Assembly: GCA_045106895.1 (NCBI GenBank) | Contig: JBGCFM010000024.1 | Span: 32,001-96,000, forward strand | DNA from: Polyangiales bacterium | Lineage (GTDB): Bacteria > Myxococcota_A > Polyangia > Polyangiales > Houyiibacteriaceae | Reading direction: 5' to 3' | DNA length: 64,000 nucleotides | In this document: positions 49,605 to 59,563 of the stretch, in pieces | How the letters are laid out: every line of letters begins with the position of its first letter | Position numbering within the stretch: the stretch's first letter is position 1 | Translations under genes and position numbers: made by a program | The notes under the pieces: generated by a model | The model's database searches: none | Told to the model about the DNA's origin: nothing | Seen by the model: the letters and a program-made list of their open reading frames with translations, nothing else

Positions 49605-49643
49605 GCCCGCAACCGGCGCTTTGCCAGACCGAGGCGCGCGCTC

Positions 49644-50591
49644 ATGCCGCGCCTCGCTCTCATCCCCCTCGTCCTTCTTGGCGCATGCGCGACCGGTGAA
49701 ACGCTCCCGGCGATCGCCGTAGAGCACAACACGGCGGGCGCGGAATCTCTCGCCGCCGGGGAACTCGATGATGCCGAAGCGCGCTTTCGTCTCGCCCTCG
49801 AATACCAGCCAGGCTTTGCCGAGAGCCGCGCCAACCTTGGCCTCGTCGCATTTCAGCGCGACCAGCTCGATGACGCCGAGGGTCATCTCCGCGCGGCGAT
49901 TCGCCTCGACGCCAACTTCGACGAAGCCTGGTCAAACCTTGGCCTCGTGCTCGCGGCGAAGGGCCAGCTCCATGATGCGAAGCGCGCGTTTGAGACGGCC
50001 CTCGCGATCGATCCAGGGCTCGTAGCGGCACGGCGCAACCTCGCCGACCTCAACATGCGCGCGTCGAACTACGTCGAAGCGCGGGCACATCTAATGCGAC
50101 TCGTACAGATCGTGGAGGCTTCCACGACGGACGGTGCGCGTGCGTCGGCGATGCTCGCCTATTGCGAGCTGCGCTTGGGCCGAGAAGACGAAGCTCTTTT
50201 TCGCGCCGAGATCGTATTGAACGTGCGCCCCGACGAGCCATTGGCGCGGCTTGTTCGGGGCATCGCCCGGGCAGCATCCAGAGACTTTGAGGGCGCCGCG
50301 GAGGACTACATCATCGCCGCCAGCGACGGCCAGCTGCGGCGGGATGTGCAGATTCGCCAAGGAGCGCTCTTTCTCGCCTGGAGGCGGCCGGAGGAGGCGG
50401 CGCCGATTATCGAGGAACTCCTAAATGATGGTGAGGATCCGGCCGTTTCCTTGCTAGCGGCGCATCTCGCGCGCGCTGAAAACAACCCCAATGCCGCCCT
50501 TGAACACGCTGATGCCGCCCTTCTGGCCGCGCCTGGCCTGCCGGCCGCCCTCGAAGTCGCTTCATGGGCCCGCAGCGAACTTGATCGCTGA
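49644..50591 (+). CDS. TPR-repeat lipoprotein
   Basis: LGAC lipobox; repeated A..NLG...A...F..AL..DP. Confidence 0.88.
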   Translation: MPRLALIPLVLLGACATGETLPAIAVEHNTAGAESLAAGELDDAEARFRLALEYQPGFAESRANLGLVAFQRDQLDDAEGHLRAAIRLDANFDEAWSNLGLVLAAKGQLHDAKRAFETALAIDPGLVAARRNLADLNMRASNYVEARAHLMRLVQIVEASTTDGARASAMLAYCELRLGREDEALFRAEIVLNVRPDEPLARLVRGIARAASRDFEGAAEDYIIAASDGQLRRDVQIRQGALFLAWRRPEEAAPIIEELLNDGEDPAVSLLAAHLARAENNPNAALEHADAALLAAPGLPAALEVASWARSELDR

Positions 50592-50642
50592 GCATCCTCC
50601 TAAGTACCCTCCCGGCGGGGCCGTCCGCCTCACTGGAGTACC

Positions 50643-52181
50643 GTGAACGGAATCTTACGCAGCAAGTTTGTTTGGCCCGGCTTCCTCGTCGCCGTCATCG
50701 CAATGACCGTTGCCTGCTTTATCGAGGACCAAATCGGAGGCCCCGTCTTCGCGGGTCTCGGAGCGATCATCGGCATGCTTCTTTTGGTCGCGGGAATCCC
50801 CGACCAAGAGGACAAGGTCGTCGCCCTCAAGGGAGACCTTGAAGGCGCGCATCAATCGGTGGCGGCAAAGAGCGAGCGCCTTGAGATCATTCGTGATGGC
50901 GTTCGTGATGCTGCCGGTCAGATCAAGAACGTCGCGATGCATCTATCGTCGGGCCTTGGCGAACAGAAAGAAGCCGCGGATCGAACCGCGGGTTCGATGA
51001 CGGAGATCACCAACTCCCTCCAGAGCATCGCCCATCACGTGGAAGCCTTGGCCTCCAGTGCGGAAGAGAGCTCCTCGAGCATCCTCGAGATGACCGCGAC
51101 CAATGACGAGGTGGCCGAGAACATGGCCAACCTCGCGTCCAGTGTTCGCGAGACGGTCTCGTCCATTGAAGAGATGGCCTATTCCATCAAAGAGGTCGCC
51201 CGGAATGTCGACGCGCTCTCTCTGACGGCGGAGGAAACCTCCTCCTCCATGAATGAGATGGACGTCTCCATCGACCAGGTTCAGTCCAACGCCAACGAGA
51301 CGGCGCGCCTCTCCGAAGAGGTGGCCACCGACGCCGAGCGCGGCGCGGACGCGATCTTGAAGATCATCGTCGAGATCAACCGAATCAAAGAAACGTCCAG
51401 CGAGGCTGTGGCCGTTATCTCCAACCTTGGTTCACGAATCGAGGCCATTGGCGACATCCTGAACGTCATCGACGATGTCGCTGAGCAGACCAATCTCCTC
51501 GCCCTCAATGCCGCCATCATCGCGGCTCAGGCCGGCGAGCACGGCAAGGGCTTCGCCGTTGTCGCCGACGAGATCAAAGACTTGGCCGAACGAGCGGGTG
51601 CTTCGACGAAGGAGATCGCCGAGCTCATCAAGACGATTCAGCAAGAGTCGAAGAACGCCATCGCGGCTGTGGAGCGTGGCGCGAGCACCGTCGACAGCGG
51701 TGTGACGGTTTCCGCGGAAGCCGAGGAGGCTCTGAAGAAGATTCTCGAGTCCTCTCAGAAGTCCACGGGAATGGTCCGGGCCATCGCTCGAGCGACGGTG
51801 GAGCAGGCGAAGGGCTCCAAGCAGGTCACGGACGCCATCGGCCGTATCGCCGAGACGGTCCAGCAGATCGCCGCCGCCACGGCTGAGCAGGCCCGCGGGT
51901 CCGAGCTCATCATGAAGAGCGCCGAGAAGATGCGCCTCATTACCCAGCACGTTGAGCGCTCGAGCCAGGAACAGGCCCGCGGCGGTCGTCAGATCAGCCA
52001 GTCCATCGAGAATATCTCGAATATGGTCGACCAGCTGCACCAGTCGCATCGCGCGCAGGTGAAGGGTTCCGAGGACACCATCGACGCGGCTCGCCGAATT
52101 CAGGAGCTGACGGCAGCTTCGGAAGAACGCGTAGAAACCGTCGGGAACGTCGCCCAGCAGCTTCAGACCCTGTCTGACTGA
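50643..52181 (+). CDS. Methyl-accepting chemotaxis protein without periplasmic sensor domain
   Basis: Two adjacent TM segments; [34 protein letters not shown]. Confidence 0.93.
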   Translation: MNGILRSKFVWPGFLVAVIAMTVACFIEDQIGGPVFAGLGAIIGMLLLVAGIPDQEDKVVALKGDLEGAHQSVAAKSERLEIIRDGVRDAAGQIKNVAMHLSSGLGEQKEAADRTAGSMTEITNSLQSIAHHVEALASSAEESSSSILEMTATNDEVAENMANLASSVRETVSSIEEMAYSIKEVARNVDALSLTAEETSSSMNEMDVSIDQVQSNANETARLSEEVATDAERGADAILKIIVEINRIKETSSEAVAVISNLGSRIEAIGDILNVIDDVAEQTNLLALNAAIIAAQAGEHGKGFAVVADEIKDLAERAGASTKEIAELIKTIQQESKNAIAAVERGASTVDSGVTVSAEAEEALKKILESSQKSTGMVRAIARATVEQAKGSKQVTDAIGRIAETVQQIAAATAEQARGSELIMKSAEKMRLITQHVERSSQEQARGGRQISQSIENISNMVDQLHQSHRAQVKGSEDTIDAARRIQELTAASEERVETVGNVAQQLQTLSD

Positions 52182-52277
52182 GCCTCAAGACACACCAAGG
52201 TAGCTTTGCCGCTCTGAGGGCCTTATGGTTGCGTGCCTTCAGGTGCCACGACGGCTCAAGAGGCATAATCAGCGCCC

Positions 52278-53237
52278 ATGTTTGGAATCGGTTCAGGTGA
52301 GATGTTGGTGTTTGCGGTGGTCGTTCTGATCGCCCTTGGGCCGAAGCGTCTCCCGGATTTCATGCGAACGGTGGGCAAGGGCCTCCGAGAGATTCGAAAA
52401 GCCACCACGGATCTGCGAAAGCACTCGGGCATCGATGAGCTGATGCGTGACGATCCGGCTGGGCTTCGTGCGTTGAGCCGGGACATCTCCCGCGACCCGG
52501 CGCCGCGTCGCGAACAGAAGCTCAGCGCTCACGACTTGGCGAAGGAGTCCCCGGTGGAGGGCGTCGATATCGCGCATGCGCATTACCTCGCCAAGAAGAA
52601 CGCCGCCGCCGCCGCCAAAGAAGCCGCGGTCGCGCGAAACGCCCAGGAGCAGGAACGAGTCAGCGTCGGCGCCACCTTCGCCATCGAAGCGAAGCCTGGT
52701 ACCGAAGCTGCCACGCCGCCCACGGGCTTCGAGGGAGACACGGTTCCGGACAAGCCCGCGGTGAGTCCAAAAGTCCGCCACGAGCCGACCATGCTCGGCA
52801 TCCCAGCTGTGGATCCCTACGCGCTTCCCGCGACGAAGCCCGCACCCAAGGCGAGCGCGCCTCCTCCTCCTCCTCCTCCTCCTCCTCCTCCACGCAGCGC
52901 CGCTCCAAAGAGCGTCCGTCCCAGCGCTCCGCCGAGCCCAAGCGCGCGTCCCAGCGCTCCGCCGAGTCCCAGTGTGCGTCCCAGCGCTCCACCGAGCCCC
53001 AGCGCGCGTCCGAGCGCACGTCCGAGCGCACCACCCCCGGTTCCAGCGGCTCTCCGAAGTGCGCCGCCGCCACCGCCGGCGATCGGTCCGAGCAGCGTCC
53101 TTGACGGAAAACGAGCGTCTTTGCCGCCTTCCCCCTCTTTGACGCCTTCCGTGCCGCCTCCCGCGGACAAGCCAAACGCCCGCGAGTCGACGATGGCGAT
53201 TGAAGTCGAAGATCTCACGCTGGACGACGAGACATGA
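52278..53237 (+). CDS. tatB: Tat translocase subunit TatB with long Pro-rich tail
   Basis: MFGIGSGE...GPKRLP; directly upstream of tatC. Confidence 0.85.
   Translation: MFGIGSGEMLVFAVVVLIALGPKRLPDFMRTVGKGLREIRKATTDLRKHSGIDELMRDDPAGLRALSRDISRDPAPRREQKLSAHDLAKESPVEGVDIAHAHYLAKKNAAAAAKEAAVARNAQEQERVSVGATFAIEAKPGTEAATPPTGFEGDTVPDKPAVSPKVRHEPTMLGIPAVDPYALPATKPAPKASAPPPPPPPPPPPRSAAPKSVRPSAPPSPSARPSAPPSPSVRPSAPPSPSARPSARPSAPPPVPAALRSAPPPPPAIGPSSVLDGKRASLPPSPSLTPSVPPPADKPNARESTMAIEVEDLTLDDET
52860..53030. repeat. (CCT)10 microsatellite and 3 x 30-bp repeat (RPSAPPSPS[A/V])
   Basis: Seen directly at 52860-52889 and 52917-53006. Confidence 0.92.
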
Positions 53238-54022
53238 GCGAAGAGGCCACGGTTCCTGAAGACGACGTCGAGATGGGCTTCTTCGAACATATCGGAGAGC
53301 TTCGAACCCGACTTGTTCACGCCATCTACGGCATCCTTCCGGCAGCCGCGCTCTGCTTCGTCTTCGTCGAGGAGCTCTTCGCGTGGATTCGTAAGCCCCT
53401 CACGGACGCCTACATCGCGCGCGGCATGGAAGACGCGCCGATTCACTTTTCGAATCTGACGGACCCCTTCGTCGCGCAAATTAAGATCGCCCTCGTGTGT
53501 GGCGTTCTCCTCGCCTCCCCTTGGGTCTTCTATCAAGTGTGGGCGTTCATCGCGCCGGGTCTGTATCGCAAGGAGAAGCTCCTCGCGATCCCCTTCATTG
53601 TGTTCTCGACGCTCTGCTTCGCCGGCGGAGCGATCTTTGGGTACACCATCGTCTTTCCGCTGGCCTGTGATTTCCTCTTGAGCGTTGGCGAGGCCATGGA
53701 GGCCGAAGCGACGATCATGATCACGGATTACCTGGCTCTCACCACGCGACTGCTCTTGGCGTTTGGTGTGGTCTTTGAGATCCCCGTCGTCATCACCATC
53801 CTCAGCGTTATGGGCGTCGTCTCGTGGCGCGGCCTGCTGAAGTTCGGTCGCTGGTGGCTCTTGATATCCACGCTGGTCGCGGCGTTTTTGACTCCGCCGG
53901 ACGTGGGCACACAGCTTTTGATGCTCATCCCGCTCGTCGGTCTCTACTTCATGAGCGTCGGCATCGCGTTCATCATCGATTGGCGCCGCAACAAGAAGAA
54001 AAAGAAGAACGGGGAAGCATGA
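53234..54022 (+). CDS. tatC: Tat translocase subunit TatC
   Basis: EHIGELRTRL, YQVWAFIAPGLY..E, FG..FEIP, TPPD. Confidence 0.96.
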   Translation: MSEEATVPEDDVEMGFFEHIGELRTRLVHAIYGILPAAALCFVFVEELFAWIRKPLTDAYIARGMEDAPIHFSNLTDPFVAQIKIALVCGVLLASPWVFYQVWAFIAPGLYRKEKLLAIPFIVFSTLCFAGGAIFGYTIVFPLACDFLLSVGEAMEAEATIMITDYLALTTRLLLAFGVVFEIPVVITILSVMGVVSWRGLLKFGRWWLLISTLVAAFLTPPDVGTQLLMLIPLVGLYFMSVGIAFIIDWRRNKKKKKNGEA

Positions 54023-54843
54023 GCATGTTTCGAGCGGGGCTCTTTGACGGTGAGTCCGTCATCATCACCGGAGGCGGAACGGGCATTGGCAAGGCCGTCG
54101 CCGCCGAGCTCATCACCCTCGGCGCGAATGTCGCGATCACCGGGCGTCGCATCGAAAAGCTAGAAGCCGCCGCCGCCGAACTCGCTACCCTTCGAGAAGG
54201 CGCCAAGGTTCATTTCGCGGCCTGCGATATTCGAAGCGTTGAAGCCATCGAGGAGTTCGTGAAGGGCACACAAGTTGCCCTTGGTCGCGTCGACATTCTC
54301 ATCAACAACGCCGGCGGGCAGTTTCCTTCGCCGGCGCAGCACATCTCGCCCAAAGGGTTCGAGGCTGTGGTCCGAAACAATCTCCTCGGCACCTGGCAGA
54401 TGACGCATGCCGTCGCCAACGAGTGTTTCATCCCGCAGAAGCGCGGCCGCATCGTGAACATCACCGCCGAGGTGAGTCGGGGTTTCCCGGGCATGGCGCA
54501 CACCGGCGCGGCGCGTGCGGGAGTGAACAATCTCTCTATGAGCTTGGCCGTCGAGTGGAGTCAGCACGGCATCCGCGTCAACGCCGTCGCTCCCGGTGTC
54601 ATCAAGACCAGCGGCACGAAACAATATCCCCCAAGCCTCCTGGAGAACGCCATCAAGGCATGCCCGATGAAGCGTCTGGGAACGGCGCGAGAGGTGGCGC
54701 ACCTCGTCGTGTATCTCGCTTCTCCGCAAGCGGACTATGTCACGGGCCAGACCTTTACCATCGATGGCGGTTCGAGCCTGTGGGGCGACAGCTGGCCTGT
54801 AGGCGATGTCCCTCAGTTTCCGCCTTACGAGCACGAAGATTAG
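54019..54843 (+). CDS. SDR oxidoreductase (trans-2-enoyl-CoA/citronellol dehydrogenase-like)
   Basis: TGGGTGIG, NNAGGQF, HTGAARAG. Confidence 0.88.
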   Translation: MSMFRAGLFDGESVIITGGGTGIGKAVAAELITLGANVAITGRRIEKLEAAAAELATLREGAKVHFAACDIRSVEAIEEFVKGTQVALGRVDILINNAGGQFPSPAQHISPKGFEAVVRNNLLGTWQMTHAVANECFIPQKRGRIVNITAEVSRGFPGMAHTGAARAGVNNLSMSLAVEWSQHGIRVNAVAPGVIKTSGTKQYPPSLLENAIKACPMKRLGTAREVAHLVVYLASPQADYVTGQTFTIDGGSSLWGDSWPVGDVPQFPPYEHED

Positions 54844-54896
54844 CCTCCCATGCGATTGCGGCGTGCGTGGCGCCGGAAATCGTGAATGCTGCTGAC

Positions 54897-55193
54897 GTGG
54901 CAACGAAGAAGAAGGCCAAGAAGCCAAAGAAACGACCCGACCCGTCCAACGAAGAGTTGCCCGGCGCAGGTACAGAGCATGGCGCGACGCTCCAGCTCGC
55001 TCACGACGCTTTCATCGATGGCAACTACGCACAAGTTCGCGTGCTCACCGACAAGCTAGAGAAGGCGCCGGACGAGATCGCTCAAGCGGCTGCTGAATTG
55101 CGGCGCCGCGTGAGTGCAGATCCTGCTCAGATCGCCGTTCTTGCTTCGTGCGTCCTCTTCTTCCTCTTCATCGTCTGGAAATACGTTCTATGA
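54897..55193 (+). CDS. Small hypothetical protein with C-terminal TM helix
   Basis: Stop overlaps the next ATG by 4 bp; start inferred. Confidence 0.6.
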   Translation: MATKKKAKKPKKRPDPSNEELPGAGTEHGATLQLAHDAFIDGNYAQVRVLTDKLEKAPDEIAQAAAELRRRVSADPAQIAVLASCVLFFLFIVWKYVL

Positions 55194-55765
55194 AAGCCCT
55201 GTCTTTCTTCGCCCTTGTCCTCGTCGCGGCCCTTGGCGGATGTGGCGCGGCCCAAGGTGGCGGCGTTTCCCAGGCGCTCACCGCGCATGATCTTTACCCC
55301 ATGGAAATGGGCGGCGTGTGGTCCTTCGATTTGGACACGGGTTTTGGTCCACCCGTTCTCGGCGTGATGCGCGTGGAGAGCGTCGACGGAATACAGGTGA
55401 CCGTTCGCAACAACGGCGACCAGGTCAGCACCTACGAGCGTCGACCCGAGGGCATCTTTCATCTTGAGAGCGACAGCTGGCTGCTGCGTGATCCCATCGC
55501 CGTGGGCGAAGGCTGGCCCTCCGCGGGCGGACGCCAAGCGCAGATTCGTTCCGTCGAGGCCAGCGCGAGCACGCCGGCAGGCGACTTCACGGGCTGTGTC
55601 GATGTCGAAGAGACAGGCGGCGAAGACGGCCGCGTGATCCACACCATCTACTGCATGGGCCACGGAATGGTGGAGCAGCGCGCTTCCATGACGATGGAGA
55701 CGACGGGCAGTGAAGCCGCGGTGAGCGTGAAGCTACGTGGCTACATGGTCACCGAAGAGTACTGA
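55190..55765 (+). CDS. Hypothetical lipoprotein
   Basis: LGGC lipobox; TPAGDFTGC motif. Confidence 0.75.
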   Translation: MKALSFFALVLVAALGGCGAAQGGGVSQALTAHDLYPMEMGGVWSFDLDTGFGPPVLGVMRVESVDGIQVTVRNNGDQVSTYERRPEGIFHLESDSWLLRDPIAVGEGWPSAGGRQAQIRSVEASASTPAGDFTGCVDVEETGGEDGRVIHTIYCMGHGMVEQRASMTMETTGSEAAVSVKLRGYMVTEEY

Positions 55766-55794
55766 GCCCTCGCTTTTTCTTCGGAACGTTCGAC

Positions 55795-57696
55795 TTAGAA
55801 ACCGGGGTCGCGGGCGAGGCTGGGGCGCATCGTCGGCGCACTGAGGCGCGGACCTTCGCGTTCCATCACCGCAGCTTCGCGCACCGCTGTTTCTACAGCG
55901 CTCATCTGGCTCATCACCGTGCGCGGCTCGCGGCTCTCGCGGGCCACCGCGGGCGCAGCTTGTTCCATGGACGGCGTCTCCACTTCAGTCTCCGGCGGTG
56001 GAGCGATGGCTTCGCTGACCACGAGCAGGTCCAGAGGTGTCGCCGTCGCGAGGGAGCGCTCCCAGGTCTCAAAGCCGTCCGCACGCACCGTGATGGTGTG
56101 CTCGGCTCCGTCCCCAGGAAACGAGATCGTATCGCCTTCAATGGCGACGGGCTCGCCATCCACGCTCGCGCTGGCGCCGGAAGGAAGGCCGTGGAGTCGG
56201 AGAGCCACCGGTTCGGCGCTCTCCGCTTCTTCAGCGGGTTCTGGCTCGTCGGGCTCGAGCTCCCCCTCGGGCTCTTCTATGACTTCGCCAGGATCATCGA
56301 GGACAGCGGCGGTCGCGGGCTCCGCGCTGGGTCCGGGCTCTGGAGACCGGCTCATCAGAAAGAACCCCGCGGTGCCCAGTGCGGCGACGAGGCCAAGGAG
56401 AAGCCAAGCCTTACTTCCCCCTGCTTGCTCCGGCGCGGCGACCATTGGAGCCGGCTGCGGTCTCGACGGCATGGCCGTTGGTGTGACCTCCTCCATCATG
56501 TCACTGACGCTCAGGCGCATCTCGGGATCGACGGGGAGCTCCTCGGCGAGGGCGTCTGTCAGGCTGATACGCATCCCTGGGTCGGCGGGCGGTTCCGAGA
56601 AACGCTGACTGATCACGCGTCCCTCAGGAGCAGGGCGCGACGGAGCCATGTTCACCTGTTCCGGCGGAATGCTGGTGAGGTCGCCATCTTCATCTTCATC
56701 GTCCTCGTCCTCGTCCTCGTCGGCCAAGGCGATGCCGACGGGCATCAGAGACACGCGGCCCATCTCCATCTCGTCCAGCGACAGCTCGTCGAGCTCTTCC
56801 TCCTCGTCTGGCAGCAACGCGACGCCGACGGGGGGCGCCGAGAGTGGACGCATCGCGGCGGGCTTTGCTTTCGTTCGAAACCCCGTCGTGGCGCTCTCGA
56901 TCCCGTCTCGCGCGACCTTCGCGGCTTCCATCCAGGCCCGTCGCATCGCTGCGATATTGGCGTGTCGCTCCTGCGGTTCTTCGACCAGCGCGCGCTCGAT
57001 GACAGCAACGAGACCCGCGGGGAGCTTCGGTGCGTTCTCGCGAAGCGTCGAGCCGCCGTCCGGAAGCTCATCGGAGCAGATCAGATGCAGTAGGATTCCC
57101 GTCGCGTAGAGATCGGCGCTGTGTCCGCCCATCCCCCGTGCTTCTTCCGGCGCGCGGAAGGCGAGAGTCCTCGCAAGCCCCGACTCTTCGCGCCACTCCG
57201 GGTGCGACTGTCGAGCGAGGGTTCGGTTGAGCCCAAAACCAATGAGCTTCGGTGTTCCCTCCGGGGTCATCAGAACATTGCCGGGTTCCAAGTCGCCGTG
57301 AGTTACGCCGGCGCGGTGCGCTGCCTGCAGTCCATCGAGTAGCCCAGACGCGACGCGAATACGTTCCGCGCCACTGTGCTCACCGCTGAGCCAGTCATGG
57401 AGGCTCTCTCCGTCGACGTGCTCCATCGCTGCGAAGGGACGACCAGCACGCGTGCGTCCCACATTGAGCACGCGAACGACGTGGGGGTGATTTACTTTCT
57501 GCAGCAATCCCATGTCTCGGCGAAAGCGCGTGGCCGTTCGTTTCCGAAGGTCGGCGTCGCTCAGGTTCTCAAGGTCGAGGACCGCGACCGCCGCCGGCTT
57601 CCCTCCTTTGAGGGTCTCGGCCTGCCAAACCGCACCGGCGAGGTTCCTGCCGAGCGGGAGTTTTAGCGAATAGAGGTCCTCAAGTTGGGCGTGCAT
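55795..57696 (-). CDS. Membrane Ser/Thr pseudokinase with PEGA-like domain
   Basis: Kinase fold (NHPHVV.V, AME.VDG.SL, APE, SADLY) but AAVAV for VAIK, HGDLEPGN, and GFG for DFG. Confidence 0.85.
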   Translation of the reverse strand: MHAQLEDLYSLKLPLGRNLAGAVWQAETLKGGKPAAVAVLDLENLSDADLRKRTATRFRRDMGLLQKVNHPHVVRVLNVGRTRAGRPFAAMEHVDGESLHDWLSGEHSGAERIRVASGLLDGLQAAHRAGVTHGDLEPGNVLMTPEGTPKLIGFGLNRTLARQSHPEWREESGLARTLAFRAPEEARGMGGHSADLYATGILLHLICSDELPDGGSTLRENAPKLPAGLVAVIERALVEEPQERHANIAAMRRAWMEAAKVARDGIESATTGFRTKAKPAAMRPLSAPPVGVALLPDEEEELDELSLDEMEMGRVSLMPVGIALADEDEDEDDEDEDGDLTSIPPEQVNMAPSRPAPEGRVISQRFSEPPADPGMRISLTDALAEELPVDPEMRLSVSDMMEEVTPTAMPSRPQPAPMVAAPEQAGGSKAWLLLGLVAALGTAGFFLMSRSPEPGPSAEPATAAVLDDPGEVIEEPEGELEPDEPEPAEEAESAEPVALRLHGLPSGASASVDGEPVAIEGDTISFPGDGAEHTITVRADGFETWERSLATATPLDLLVVSEAIAPPPETEVETPSMEQAAPAVARESREPRTVMSQMSAVETAVREAAVMEREGPRLSAPTMRPSLARDPGF

Positions 57697-57722
57697 GCGC
57701 GTCCATTGTAGGATCGCTTGCG

Positions 57723-58532
57723 ATGCCACGTCACTTTAGTGTCCCAATCATGCTTTTTGCCCTGTCTCTTGCTGGATCTTTGGCCCTTCCAGCGCTCGGA
57801 TCGGCGCAAACGGACCGCGAACTGTCGGAGGCACGAGGCTGGTTCACCGAAGGAATCGCCCATTCTGAGGCTGGGCGCTACGAGGAGGCGGTCACGGCTT
57901 TCCGCCGCGTGCTCGCCACCATCGACTCCCCACCAGTTCGCTACAACCTAGCGCTCAACCTCTATGAGCTCTCGCGGATTCGCGAGGCGGACGAACATGT
58001 GCAGTCCATCTTGGACAGCCAAGAGACCGACGCCGCCGTTCGCTCCGACGCCACCGACCTCCGTCTTCACATCGAAGAGGTCGGCGGCCGCGTGCGCATC
58101 GACGTCGTCGGCGTTCCCGAGGGGCTCTACGATGTTGAACTCGATGGTCAGCACCTCGCATCGCGCGACGTCGGTCGGAGTCTTCGCGTTCGCGTCGGCG
58201 CCCACAACATCGACGTGATTCGTAGCGGAGAGACCGTGGCGAGCGAGAGCGCCAACGTGGTCCAAGGGGAGACGGCGGTGGTGAGCGTCGACCTCAGCGT
58301 CCCGGACCCGGCCGAAGCCGCGGCAACGGTGGTGCCGCCGGTGGTGGAAGAGCCGCCTCCCGAAGAGTCCTCCTCAGTTCTTGGACGCTGGCAGTTCTGG
58401 GCCGTGACCGGCGCGGTGATCGTCGTCGCCGCCGCCGTCATCGCTAGCGTTGTGGTTCTCAGCAAGCCCACTGACACCTCCGATATGCCCACCGTCGGTA
58501 ACTTTGAACCCGGGCTGATCACCTTCCGATGA
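57723..58532 (+). CDS. TPR + PEGA-like membrane-anchored protein
   Basis: Signal peptide; EAR..F.EG...GRYEEA...F; YNLA; C-terminal W.FW TM. Confidence 0.8.
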   Translation: MPRHFSVPIMLFALSLAGSLALPALGSAQTDRELSEARGWFTEGIAHSEAGRYEEAVTAFRRVLATIDSPPVRYNLALNLYELSRIREADEHVQSILDSQETDAAVRSDATDLRLHIEEVGGRVRIDVVGVPEGLYDVELDGQHLASRDVGRSLRVRVGAHNIDVIRSGETVASESANVVQGETAVVSVDLSVPDPAEAAATVVPPVVEEPPPEESSSVLGRWQFWAVTGAVIVVAAAVIASVVVLSKPTDTSDMPTVGNFEPGLITFR

Positions 58533-59050
58533 AGTTTAGAATCATGAAGACGTCCACGTTCTGTTTTGCGCTGATGAGCGCTGTGTTGCTCTCATGCGCG
58601 CCGGACATCGAGCCCACGGAGGTGGTCTTGGTCATCGACAGCGACCTCGTCGCGCCAACGCAGGTAGACAGCCTGGACGTTGCCGTGTTCACCGCGGGGG
58701 GCGAAGAGATGAACTCCTTCGCGACGCTGGGCGTCGGCGACGTGCGTTTTCCGCGCACACTTGGTGTCCAGAACATCAACACGCGTCTCGAAGGCTATCG
58801 CGTCGAGGCACGCGCCCGATTCGGCGGCGCCATCGTGGTGACGCGAACGGCGACCTTCGACTTCGTCCGTGACCGATCCATGGAGCTGCGGCTCTTCTTG
58901 CCGGCGGCCTGCGAAGACGTTCGCTGCGAGGGCGGCCTGACCTGCACCGAGGGTGGCGTCTGCCGGAGCACGGACGTCGATCTTCAAGCGTGGACGGGCA
59001 GCCCGTCTGGCATTCAGGTGTCCCTCGACGCCGGCGCCGACTCCATGTGA
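58529..59050 (+). CDS. Hypothetical Cys-rich lipoprotein
   Basis: LLSC lipobox; 4-bp overlap with the upstream gene. Confidence 0.75.
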   Translation: MKFRIMKTSTFCFALMSAVLLSCAPDIEPTEVVLVIDSDLVAPTQVDSLDVAVFTAGGEEMNSFATLGVGDVRFPRTLGVQNINTRLEGYRVEARARFGGAIVVTRTATFDFVRDRSMELRLFLPAACEDVRCEGGLTCTEGGVCRSTDVDLQAWTGSPSGIQVSLDAGADSM

Positions 59051-59054
59051 GCGC

Positions 59055-59561
59055 CTAGGGCGCAAAGTCGTACACGAAGGCTTCTACGCCGCGCGCGCCG
59101 AGCTGGCGCTGCACGATGGGGCCGACTCTGTCCCAGGTGCCACCGGCGAGGCCGCAGCCGATGCGAGGCATGTGTACCGACGCGCCACGTTCAAGGGCAA
59201 AGTCGCCCACGCTCGCGAGCGCTTCTTTCACCGCGCGGTAACGAATCGGCGGGCCGTCCTTTGTCGCTTTGATGGTGTGCTGCCCGACCATATTGGCGAC
59301 CCAGAGCTGCTCTTCCACCTCGACGAAGCGGACTGCCCCGAGGGCAAAGTCGTTCTTGTGACGTCCTTTGTACCAGGCGCGAAAGTCAGCCTCGGGCTGT
59401 CTCCAGCGTTTCGAGACGGCGACAACGAAGCCTGAGCCCCAGCCGCCAATGTCGTTGCAGATATGCGCGATGACGCGCGGGCCACTCCCCACGGGCGCCG
59501 TGGCGTCGCCGTTTAGCACCGTGAGCTTCGTGTTCTTGCTGGTCTTCGTTGCTTTGGCCAT
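59055..59561 (-). CDS. Macro domain protein (Poa1/TARG1-like ADP-ribose processing)
   Basis: GDAT, IAHICND.G.WG.GF, MPRIGCGLAGG.W. Confidence 0.92.
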   Translation of the reverse strand: MAKATKTSKNTKLTVLNGDATAPVGSGPRVIAHICNDIGGWGSGFVVAVSKRWRQPEADFRAWYKGRHKNDFALGAVRFVEVEEQLWVANMVGQHTIKATKDGPPIRYRAVKEALASVGDFALERGASVHMPRIGCGLAGGTWDRVGPIVQRQLGARGVEAFVYDFAP

Positions 59562-59563
59562 CG

